Assembly (NCBI RefSeq): GCF_024700885.2 | Contig: NZ_CP117016.1 | Reading direction: 5' to 3' (one strand) | From: Escherichia coli | Lineage (GTDB): Bacteria; Pseudomonadota; Gammaproteobacteria; Enterobacterales; Enterobacteriaceae | Length of the DNA: 64,000 nt | Shown here: in pieces, positions 1 to 8,261 of the stretch | Layout: the number at the start of each line of letters is the position of its first letter | Position numbering within the stretch: position 1 is the first letter of the stretch | Translations under genes and position numbers: made by a program | The notes under the pieces: generated by a model | The model's database searches: none | The model's input: only the letters and a program-made list of their open reading frames with translations | Told to the model about the DNA's origin: nothing

Positions 1-593
1 CACGTACTGTAAAAATTTATAACCTGCTGGCCGGAACTAATGAGTTTATTGGTGAAGGTGACGCATATATTCCACCTCATACAGGGCTGCCAGCTAATTC
101 TACAGATATCGCCCCACCGGAAATTCCTGCTGGCTTTGTGGCAGTTTTTAACAGTGAAAATGAATCGTGGAATATTGTTGAAGACCATCGTGGTAAAACG
201 GTCTATGACGTGGCATCGGGGGACGCGTTGTTTATTTCTGAGCCCGGACCGCTACCAGAGAATGTCACCTGGTTGTCGCCAGCAGGGGAGTATCAGAAGT
301 GGGACGGCGTATCCTGGGTGAAGGATGAGGAAGCAGAAAAACTGTTTCGGATACGGGAAGCGGAAGAGAAAAAGGCAAGGTTGATCCAGGAAGCAACAGA
401 TAACATCGCAATTCTGCAGGATGCAGTTAATCTTGAAATAGCAACAAACGAGGAAAATTCACAACTGGATTCCTGGAGAAAATACAGAGTATTAGTGAGT
501 AGAATTGACACCAGTACAGCTCCGGATATCGTATGGCCAGAGCTGATGAATCAGGGTTATGTGCGGGAGGACGAGCAGATAACTTCAGACTGA
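1..593 (+). CDS. Phage tail fibre assembly protein (Tfa, P2 gpG-like), 5'-truncated by window edge
   Basis: Frame open from position 3 with no stop; translation ...[35 protein letters not shown]...[21 protein letters not shown] matches Tfa family as I recall it. Confidence 0.8.
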   Translation, partial: RTVKIYNLLAGTNEFIGEGDAYIPPHTGLPANSTDIAPPEIPAGFVAVFNSENESWNIVEDHRGKTVYDVASGDALFISEPGPLPENVTWLSPAGEYQKWDGVSWVKDEEAEKLFRIREAEEKKARLIQEATDNIAILQDAVNLEIATNEENSQLDSWRKYRVLVSRIDTSTAPDIVWPELMNQGYVREDEQITSD

Positions 594-1120
594 AATTTAG
601 TGATGAATGTTGAATCATCAGGAATATCATGCAATACCAATGCATGAGCACCTATTGTGACATTGTTTCCTATACGCACTTTGCCACCAAGAATGGTGGC
701 ATTACAACCAATGGTCACATTATGTCCTATAACAATATCCATATCATTAAAATCACCACGCAGCCCAATAGTTACCCCTGGTTTTATTGAACAATTTTCA
801 CCGATTGTTACTTTGTGACCGATAACAACACTGTTGAGATAAGAAATATCAAAGCCTTTCCCTATATTTACAGTTAAAGGGACTGTTACATTATATTTAT
901 CAAGAATGAAACGTTCTATTTTCCCCGCAATCTTCCGACAGTATCCGCCTTTATCAAAAAGGTACTTGGCTATGCGCCACCAAAATAAATAACGAACTCT
1001 TCTATGTTTTATTGCGCGAACAATTGCCTTTCGCCAGGAGAAAGGACGCTCGCTACCGATTACTTCATAGTGAATACAATCTTTAAGTTCATTAATATTC
1101 ATATCTCTATTATTCAGCAT
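557..1120 (-). CDS. Left-handed beta-helix (hexapeptide-repeat) O-acetyltransferase, WcaB/CysE-like; prophage cargo
   Basis: 187-aa ORF with tandem hexapeptide repeats ([43 protein letters not shown]); visibly AT-rich; 3' end overlaps tfa 3' end by 37 nt. Confidence 0.7.
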   Translation of the reverse strand: MLNNRDMNINELKDCIHYEVIGSERPFSWRKAIVRAIKHRRVRYLFWWRIAKYLFDKGGYCRKIAGKIERFILDKYNVTVPLTVNIGKGFDISYLNSVVIGHKVTIGENCSIKPGVTIGLRGDFNDMDIVIGHNVTIGCNATILGGKVRIGNNVTIGAHALVLHDIPDDSTFITKFQSEVICSSSRT

Positions 1121-1290
1121 AAGATAATCATGTGACCAATTATTGTAATAATTTTAATGGTATGTTTCTACTGGCTATCCAGCGCGCCTGATGTCCAGTA
1201 ACAAATCGTTAACACTAGTGCAATCAAATGGTGAGTGTTAAGACTGGCCACTTATTACCAGGTATGAGGGTATGAGTGGCCAGCATTAAA

Positions 1291-1785
1291 TCAGAACAGC
1301 CCTTTAACTGAACTGGCCGCGCTGTTAAGGGATGATGTCACTTTATCTTTGAAGCCGGACAGCATATCGCTGAACGATGAGGATTGCAGGCGCTCCCGCA
1401 AATCCTCATCACAGCGTTCAAGGGTCAGTGAAAATTCTATCTTTTTCGCCTTACCGTAGCGATCAAACTCGGAACGGGTCGTATTCGTTTCGGTCAGGAC
1501 ATACATGCCGTAAATCTGCCCGACGCCATCAATCAGAGGCCAGGGGCGTCCTGTATACGCCTGCGTGGTCAGCAGCGACAGCGACACTTCGCCACCTGTA
1601 ATTTCAGGATAAAGCACACCAGAAAGAACGATGCGATCATCACCTGCACCGATATACTGCCAGCTTGCTGAACGGTTAACGCGTTCATTTTTCACATGCC
1701 GCCAGCTTTTGTTTTGCTGTAACTGCTGATGCGGCAGCGTGCGCAGCTCAAAAACAAACATGCCGTAGATCATCATCATGGCCAT
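1291..1785 (-). CDS. Phage tail protein gpU
   Basis: 164-aa ORF; FVFELRTLPHQQLQ...VLSGVLYPEITGG...WPLIDG resembles P2 gpU; precise start among the N-terminal Met codons uncertain. Confidence 0.8.
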   Translation of the reverse strand: MAMMMIYGMFVFELRTLPHQQLQQNKSWRHVKNERVNRSASWQYIGAGDDRIVLSGVLYPEITGGEVSLSLLTTQAYTGRPWPLIDGVGQIYGMYVLTETNTTRSEFDRYGKAKKIEFSLTLERCDEDLRERLQSSSFSDMLSGFKDKVTSSLNSAASSVKGLF

Positions 1786-1791
1786 GACTCC

Positions 1792-4635
1792 TCAATCTTT
1801 ATCGTAAAAACTGCCACGCCCGGCACGGGCGCGCCGTTCCATTTCTGCCCTGACCATTTCACCGACCAGTTTCGCCAGTTCGCGGGGATTCTGCGTAACA
1901 ACGTTATGCAGATGAACATGAATTTCACCACCAAATCCGGAGGCAACAGGCTCCCGGTTACGGAAAGTTACAGGAACTGATGCCACTGGAGATCGTATGG
2001 CCTCCGCCACCGGGCGGGAGCTGGCCGCAACAACAGGGACCAGCGCCGGAGGCAGCGGAGCCGGGACCACGGGTGTGATATTAATTGCGGGGGCAGGCTT
2101 ACTGACCTGCGCAATCTTCCGCTCCTGCCACTCCCCACGAACAGCAAGTGCGCGGGGCAGGTTCTTAAAGACAATATCGCCGGGGCCAATGCGTTTTTTC
2201 GTCTCATCAACCAGCTTACCTGTGTTATCAGCAATTTTGCTGAGTCTGCGTAGCGTCCCGGTATTGCTGTCTGTGAGCGGTTTGTTGTCTTTGGGTTTAT
2301 CACCTCCGGTGCCATTGCCATTTTCCACAGGCTTCGGCGGATTGATTTTCGCCAGGTCACCCTGAAGCAAGGCAACCTTGTCCTGAAGAATGGCCGCACG
2401 CTGTGCGTCTTCGATTTTCTTGCGCGCCCTTTCCGCTTCATCCGGAAGGACGCCAAGTTTTTCAAGTATCCACGCCAGCGTATCCAGTAGCATTTTTGCA
2501 GGTGTCAGAACAAGCTGTAACGCACCGCCAAGAACGTTACCGAATATCTCGCCAGCACTGGTACATTTATCCAGCGTTTCCTTGCTGGACTCCATCGGTG
2601 ACAGCAGCGATTTAAACCAGTTAAACACCTGGCTGATCCCGCTTCCGATTGCGTCAAAAACAGGACCAAACCGTTCAAAGGTTTCGCGCAACGGGGTCAG
2701 CCTTTCCATAATCCCGCTGAACACCCCGGCAAAAAATGCCCTGATGGGATCCCAGTATTTCCAGATAAGAACGGCAGCTCCGGCAAGCGCAGCCACGATA
2801 AGACCAACCGGACTGAACAGCGCCCCGATAGCGCCTCCCAGTAAAGAAACGGAACCCGTCACCATTCCCCACAGCGCAGGCAACACCCTGACGACATTCA
2901 TTGACCGGGTAAGAATGTCGAAACCAAGACGCAGGGTGGCCAGCTTCCCGTAAAGCACCCCAATAACCAGCGACAACGAGCCAATCGTTGCAGTCATTGC
3001 CAGCAACGCACCGCCTGCTATCAGTAGTTGGCGCGTCAGTACCGGATGGGCCTGCGCCAGCGAGGTGATTTTTTCAAGCACCCGCGTGAGCCACTGCGTG
3101 ACAGAACGCAGCGGACCGTCAACCAGATCACTGATGCGAATACGAAGACCTTCCCATGCGCTGTCGAGATTTTTCAGGTCCCCATCAAGATTATCGGCCA
3201 TTACTTTTGCGACGCGATCGGCCTCTCCCCTTGCCCCCTGCAATTCTCTGGTCAGTTTTTGCAGCTCTCCTGAACCAGCCGCCGCAACAAGCGTCTGCAA
3301 ACCAACGAACGCCTCTTCTCCGGCGATGTCCTTGAAGAAGGAAACCTGGTCCACCTGTCCGTATTTTTGTGTCGCCTTATAGAGATCAAGCAGCACATCC
3401 TCCATCGGGCGCATTTTGCCTCTGGCGTCAGCAACTGACACCCCCAGCTCTTTCAGTGCATCAGCCGCAGCTTTTGGCGGTGATGCAAGGCGGGACAGAC
3501 TTGCGCGCATGGCCGTACCAGCATCGCTTCCGCGAAGACCATTATTGGCAAGCATCCCGGCCATGGCCGCCGCTTCTTCAAGACTGATACCAAGTTTTGC
3601 GGCAACCGGACCGGTATACTTCATGGTTTCGCCCAGCGCGCGTAAATCAGTATTGGTCCGGGTGAATGTTGCTGTCAGTGTATCGCCAACCCGGTCCATT
3701 TGATCGGCTGTCAGGTTGAACTGTGTGAGGATATTGGAGCCTATATCAGCCGTCTCGCCGAGTTCGACGCCACCTGCCAGCGCCATATTAAGAACACCGG
3801 GCAATGCGGCCTGAATGGCCTGCGGAGTAAAACCAGCCATTGCCAGAAAGCTCTGCCCACTGGCGGCATCACTCGCAGTAAACTGTGTTTCAGAGCCAAG
3901 TTTTAACGCCTGCTCACGCAGCGCCTTAAACTGCGGGCTGTTTTTGTCGATTCGCGTCAGTGCCTGAACGCGGGACATCTCTTTGCCGAACCCGATCGCA
4001 GGCTGCAAAAAACGCCCGGCAGCATAGCCGCCCGCCGCTGCCGCACCAATTGCCAGCGCACCACCTGTTTTCAGTTTTCCCGCTGTTTCCTGCGCGCGCG
4101 AATACCGCTCACGCGCCCGCGTTACACGCGCAAGCGCCTGCCGTTCGCGTTCAAGCTGGTTGTTGTACTGTTCGGTGCGTCTGATGGCCTGCTGGATGGT
4201 GTTATCGCTGCCTGTCAGGGAAATGCCGTGGCGTTTCAGCTCTCCGCCAAGTTCCCGCATTTTCTGAATTTCCCGTGTGCGCGATTCATTCAGGCGTTCA
4301 AGCCGGGTGCTTAACTGCTGCATCAGCTTTTGTTGTTTTTCGCTGAGCACTGTACCCGTGCGTTGTAACTGATTAAGGGCGTTAAGCTGGCGTCGTGCTT
4401 TCACGATGCCCGCATCCGCTTTACTGACAGCGTCACGGGCGCGCTCAAATGAACGCGCCTGACGCTCGAGATTTTTGATCGCCCCCTGCGTTCGCTGGAT
4501 GGAGTCACCAAACTGCCCCATCAGGCGGCGGGCGTTTTCGGCAGGCCGGGTCAGCCTGTCAACGGCGCTGAAAGCGACCCGGATATCAAGAGTCTTCATT
4601 GTCTGCATTCCCGCTGCGAAGTGCCGCCCGCTCAC
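1792..4635 (-). CDS. Phage tail tape measure protein (gpT)
   Basis: 947-aa ORF between E/E' and U, Ala/Gly-rich with coiled-coil-like N-terminal region; start codon uncertain. Confidence 0.85.
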   Translation of the reverse strand: MSGRHFAAGMQTMKTLDIRVAFSAVDRLTRPAENARRLMGQFGDSIQRTQGAIKNLERQARSFERARDAVSKADAGIVKARRQLNALNQLQRTGTVLSEKQQKLMQQLSTRLERLNESRTREIQKMRELGGELKRHGISLTGSDNTIQQAIRRTEQYNNQLERERQALARVTRARERYSRAQETAGKLKTGGALAIGAAAAGGYAAGRFLQPAIGFGKEMSRVQALTRIDKNSPQFKALREQALKLGSETQFTASDAASGQSFLAMAGFTPQAIQAALPGVLNMALAGGVELGETADIGSNILTQFNLTADQMDRVGDTLTATFTRTNTDLRALGETMKYTGPVAAKLGISLEEAAAMAGMLANNGLRGSDAGTAMRASLSRLASPPKAAADALKELGVSVADARGKMRPMEDVLLDLYKATQKYGQVDQVSFFKDIAGEEAFVGLQTLVAAAGSGELQKLTRELQGARGEADRVAKVMADNLDGDLKNLDSAWEGLRIRISDLVDGPLRSVTQWLTRVLEKITSLAQAHPVLTRQLLIAGGALLAMTATIGSLSLVIGVLYGKLATLRLGFDILTRSMNVVRVLPALWGMVTGSVSLLGGAIGALFSPVGLIVAALAGAAVLIWKYWDPIRAFFAGVFSGIMERLTPLRETFERFGPVFDAIGSGISQVFNWFKSLLSPMESSKETLDKCTSAGEIFGNVLGGALQLVLTPAKMLLDTLAWILEKLGVLPDEAERARKKIEDAQRAAILQDKVALLQGDLAKINPPKPVENGNGTGGDKPKDNKPLTDSNTGTLRRLSKIADNTGKLVDETKKRIGPGDIVFKNLPRALAVRGEWQERKIAQVSKPAPAINITPVVPAPLPPALVPVVAASSRPVAEAIRSPVASVPVTFRNREPVASGFGGEIHVHLHNVVTQNPRELAKLVGEMVRAEMERRARAGRGSFYDKD

Positions 4636-4822
4636 GCCAGCTAACCACTTCGCCGGGCGTCATCATGAAGATTTCGGCGGGCGACCAGTTAAAAATGGCG
4701 GCGATATCTGCCACCAGATCTTCGATGTGCTCAAAGCACACCAGCGTGATTACGCTGCCGTCTCCTGCACGCTCTTCGCGCCAGAGTCTGGCTCGCTCAT
4801 AAAATTTACAGCCACAGCGCAC
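4586..4822 (-). other. E' extension frame, reached from gpE by programmed -1 frameshift; overlaps the start of gpT
   Basis: -1 frame ORF overlapping the 3' end of gpE; opens just 3' of a TAA, so no independent start is expected. Confidence 0.6.
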
Positions 4823-5124
4823 AACTGAATAAAATCGCGTGACGACATTTTTTTAATCATCACTTCATCCAGTCGTGGCGAGGTCACGCGAGGCAACAGC
4901 GTGAACATGGTATCCGCTTTCAGATTCAGCACATCAGACAGCGACAGACCACGCAGGGATCCAGCCTGTTCAATAGCCCCGGTGATCTCCACATACGTGA
5001 TTTTTTCGCCACCACGCTCAATTGGTCGGGTCAGTTTTACGCCACGTTCGACAGCCATATCCTCACCTGCCGTCACATCATCCACCACGGTGTTATTCCG
5101 GGTTTCAGTATCGATGTCTTTCAT
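4750..5124 (-). CDS. Tail assembly chaperone gpE (zero-frame product)
   Basis: ORF directly upstream of the tape measure gene with an overlapping -1 frame ORF, typical of E/E'; real start may be an internal Met. Confidence 0.7.
   Translation of the reverse strand: MKDIDTETRNNTVVDDVTAGEDMAVERGVKLTRPIERGGEKITYVEITGAIEQAGSLRGLSLSDVLNLKADTMFTLLPRVTSPRLDEVMIKKMSSRDFIQLCAVAVNFMSEPDSGAKSVQETAA
4801..4807 (-). promoter_or_regulatory. Candidate -1 slippery heptamer A_AAT_TTT for E/E' frameshifting
   Basis: Minus-strand GTA AAT TTT ATG in the E frame; a -1 slip gives AAA TTT TAT GAG, continuing into the E' ORF. Confidence 0.55.
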
Positions 5125-5179
5125 CAGTTTTCTCCTTTTCAGTCAGAGGCGACGCACTGCGTCGCCTGCATATTACTTA

Positions 5180-5692
5180 TCAGCCAAGCCCGAGCGCGGA
5201 ACGGATACGGTCAGGCAAAATGTCCTTGCCGTCCTTCCGGTAGATGTGGTTCAACAGGTCGATTTCCCACAGCGGGCGATCGTTAACGCTCAGCTTGTAG
5301 TAGGTGTTTTTGACAGCGTAAGTGTGTGATGTGGCTTCGCCCTGTTTGGCTTCCCCCATATCAATTTCCGTCACACGTCCGCGCATCTCGATTTCATACA
5401 GATCGCTTTCTGCATCGGTGTAGTATTCACCCGCAAAACGCAGCAGCGTGCCGTCAATCGTGCCGCCATATTTAAGGAACAGCGCACGAACAGCTCCCCC
5501 CATAACAAAACTCGCATCAAGCGCGGAGTCGTCCAGACCGAGATCAATACTTACCGCCCCCATCATGCCACCACCACGATAGCTGTCGGTTTTGCGCGTC
5601 AGTTTGGGCGGCGTGACGGATGTCACTTTACCCACTTCGTTTTCACCATCCACAAACAACGTAAAAAAGCGAAGATGTTTTGGTACAGCCAT
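5180..5692 (-). CDS. Phage tail tube protein (gpFII)
   Basis: 170-aa ORF; its start overlaps the FI stop (ATGA), the usual FI-FII coupling. Confidence 0.85.
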   Translation of the reverse strand: MAVPKHLRFFTLFVDGENEVGKVTSVTPPKLTRKTDSYRGGGMMGAVSIDLGLDDSALDASFVMGGAVRALFLKYGGTIDGTLLRFAGEYYTDAESDLYEIEMRGRVTEIDMGEAKQGEATSHTYAVKNTYYKLSVNDRPLWEIDLLNHIYRKDGKDILPDRIRSALGLG

Positions 5693-6876
5693 CAGGCACC
5701 TCCCAGCACCGCAAATGCGGGACCAAAGAATTCATCAGTAAACGTCTGGTAAAGCTCCATGTCTTCCAGTGGCGGAACGGGCGTATATTTGTAGCGAATA
5801 CGCACACGTCCCTGACGTAAATTCGTGGTGCCGTTATCCACCACGTCATACCAGCACTCCGCGCCAATCAGTTTCCCGGCAGTAACCAGCGAATCCAGTT
5901 TTGCCCTGATGGCACTGATAACATCCTTCACGTTCGCAGGCGTCAGTGGACTGTCGATAGTTTCAAACTGCGCTTCCGCAATTGAATCAGCCAGCACCTG
6001 TGCGGTTCGGGTATACACCTCAAAGATGTAGGCGTTCGTTTCCGGTGTGCGGTTGCCCCAGAAGCGGAACCCATTGCGACGAATAATGGTCGTGATTTCT
6101 TTGTTGTTGAGGCTGTTGGCATCGCTGTCTTCGGCCTGCAACGACCAGAACACATGCCTCGACATCCCCAGCACATTTTTAACCGGAACGTTGGACAGTG
6201 ATTTGTGCCACCCCTGCTCATGGTCAATGTACGCACGAAGGCCGCACGCATAGGCAGGCGCGGGGAACGTTTCGTTTTTGCCACTTTTCGGGTTGTAGGC
6301 GATGAAGTCCGGCCATAAGAGCATCACCTCACGTTCGTTGAATTTCTGGCGGTAGGTAATCGCCTCAGCCATCGTGTTACAGCCGTGACATGAGGCATAC
6401 ACAAACGCGCGCAGTTTACCTGCAATCACGCACAGGGATTTTGTTACAGCCTCCGTGTCCAGCTCCGGCGCGGCCAGAATACGCGGACGGTATCCGATGC
6501 TTTCATCCTGCTCTGCAACAAGCAGCGCATACATCCCCGTATAGCTGCCGTCATCCTCAGAACCACCGATAACCAGTTGATCCTGCGTCTTTCCGTCTTC
6601 TTCTTTGTGTTCAGCCACGCGAACGACAATCACCTTTGTGCTCACCTGGTCTGCGATGGCCTTAAGCGCACGATAAAGCGTCCCCGTTGTCCCGCATTTT
6701 CCCAGCACGTCATTGACGCGGGTCAGCAGTGTGGGCTTGTTCAGCGGGAACAGCTTCGCGTCCGCATCATCCGCCGTTGCCACGATACCGATAACGCTGG
6801 AATCAACATCGTTAATCGCTGTTACCAGGTCGGTATTTTCCGTAACACGGGCACCATGAAAACGAGTTTCACTCAT
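5692..6876 (-). CDS. Phage contractile tail sheath protein (gpFI)
   Basis: 394-aa ORF; motifs LRAFVYASCHGC, QGWHKSLSNV, IRRNGFRFWGNRT, YKYTPVPPLE match P2 FI as I recall it. Confidence 0.9.
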   Translation of the reverse strand: MSETRFHGARVTENTDLVTAINDVDSSVIGIVATADDADAKLFPLNKPTLLTRVNDVLGKCGTTGTLYRALKAIADQVSTKVIVVRVAEHKEEDGKTQDQLVIGGSEDDGSYTGMYALLVAEQDESIGYRPRILAAPELDTEAVTKSLCVIAGKLRAFVYASCHGCNTMAEAITYRQKFNEREVMLLWPDFIAYNPKSGKNETFPAPAYACGLRAYIDHEQGWHKSLSNVPVKNVLGMSRHVFWSLQAEDSDANSLNNKEITTIIRRNGFRFWGNRTPETNAYIFEVYTRTAQVLADSIAEAQFETIDSPLTPANVKDVISAIRAKLDSLVTAGKLIGAECWYDVVDNGTTNLRQGRVRIRYKYTPVPPLEDMELYQTFTDEFFGPAFAVLGGA

Positions 6877-7033
6877 AGCTTCAGCCCCTTGTATCCGTTA
6901 AATGATTCGGCAACAATCATCACCCACCACGCGCGTAATCTCACCCCTGCGCCGTTCTCCCACCACGGCGACAACAAAAAGCAGTAACCCCCTCCGCACG
7001 CACATGCGACCATGCCGCACAGGGAGGGAACAG

Positions 7034-8131
7034 ATGACCGACACCACCATGCAATTGCTCAGTCAGGGCACAGACCCCGTGAAAATGCCGGATTTTGATA
7101 TTCTCGCGGAGGGTAAAACGCTGTCAGGCGTGACAGAGCGCCTGATGAGCCTGTCACTGACCGACAACCGGGGATTTGAGGCGGACCAGCTCACCATCAC
7201 GCTGGATGATGCAGATGGTCAGTTGCAGCTACCGCCACGGGGCGCGCGCCTGACGGTTCTCATTGGCTGGAAAGGAGAACCGCTGACAGAAAAAGGCACT
7301 TACATTGTTGATGAAATCGCTCACGAAGGACCGCCGGACAGGCTGACTGTTTCAGCCAGAAGCGCAGATTTTCGGGATGAATTTAACGTTAAACGTGAGG
7401 TGTCCTGGCATGATGTGACCGTTGAGCGTGTGGTATCCGCCATCGCTCATCGGTACGGTCTGAAACCGCAAATCAGCGAAATGCTGATGGATATCGAAAT
7501 CGACCACGCCGACCAGACCGAAGAAAGCGACATGTCCTTTCTTACGCGCATGGCGGAAATGCTGGGCGCAATCACCACGGTAAAAAGCGGTAATCTGTTA
7601 TTCATTATGCCAGGCGGTGGCGTGAACGCACAGGGCCAGCCGTTGCCATCGTTCGCCATCACGCGCAGCAGTGGCGATCGCCATCAGTTCCGCATTGCTG
7701 ACCGCGAAGCGTATACGGGGGTACGCGCTTACTGGCTTGATCTTAATTACGGGAAAAAGAAAAAAGTCAGCGTGAAACGCCGTAAACCGAAAATGGAGAA
7801 AAGCAGTAGCCGTGAAGGCGACTATATGGAAGGTGCGGAAGGCAACGTGTTTGTGTTACGCAAGACTTATCAGAACGAACAGGCAGCAAGACGCGCTGCG
7901 GCGGCAAAGTGGCAGCAGCTACAACGCGGAGCCGCATCATTCTCCATCACACTGGCACGTGGACGCGCAGAACTCTACCCCGAAATGCATGGCACGGTAA
8001 CAGGATTTAAAAGCGAGATTGATAATCAGGACTGGATTATTGCAAAAGCCGAGCACACCATTGATAACAGCGGTTATACCACGCAGCTTGAACTTGAAAC
8101 AAAAATCCCTGAATGGATTGCGCAGACCTAA
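7034..8131 (+). CDS. Phage late control / tail protein gpD
   Basis: LSLTDNRGFEADQL, SARSADFR, SWHDVT, YMEGAEGNVF match P2 gpD; ATG at 7034 is preceded by AGGGAGGGAA; the ORF track extends upstream to 6902. Confidence 0.85.
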   Translation: MTDTTMQLLSQGTDPVKMPDFDILAEGKTLSGVTERLMSLSLTDNRGFEADQLTITLDDADGQLQLPPRGARLTVLIGWKGEPLTEKGTYIVDEIAHEGPPDRLTVSARSADFRDEFNVKREVSWHDVTVERVVSAIAHRYGLKPQISEMLMDIEIDHADQTEESDMSFLTRMAEMLGAITTVKSGNLLFIMPGGGVNAQGQPLPSFAITRSSGDRHQFRIADREAYTGVRAYWLDLNYGKKKKVSVKRRKPKMEKSSSREGDYMEGAEGNVFVLRKTYQNEQAARRAAAAKWQQLQRGAASFSITLARGRAELYPEMHGTVTGFKSEIDNQDWIIAKAEHTIDNSGYTTQLELETKIPEWIAQT

Positions 8132-8146
8132 ATGGTGGGAAGATAC

Positions 8147-8185
8147 GGCACAGAGCCAACATAATATACCTGTTTGCTCTGTGCC
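8147..8185. repeat. Perfect 10-bp inverted repeat (GGCACAGAGC / GCTCTGTGCC) with 19-nt loop between convergent D and orphan gene
   Basis: Read directly; no adjacent T-run on either side. Confidence 0.5.
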
Positions 8186-8261
8186 CGAAATAGGCATCAT
8201 AAACCTAACGATGAATTGATATGCAAGATTATAAAAAATCCGCTGACATTATTTCTCATCG

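Noticed and set aside
1121-1290. Inverted repeats or a recombinase site at the two presumed inversion breakpoints (1121-1290 and 6877-7033)
   Set aside because: No convincing inverted repeat shared by the two intervals was found by eye and no invertase gene is in the window; the mechanism stays unassigned
1968-2953. ORFs of 122-187 aa on the plus strand inside the tape measure gene (1997-2365, 2390-2953) and a 165-aa minus-strand ORF in another frame (1968-2465)
   Set aside because: They overlap a long, well-supported CDS in other frames and have Ala/Ser/Arg-rich low-complexity translations typical of GC-rich coding DNA
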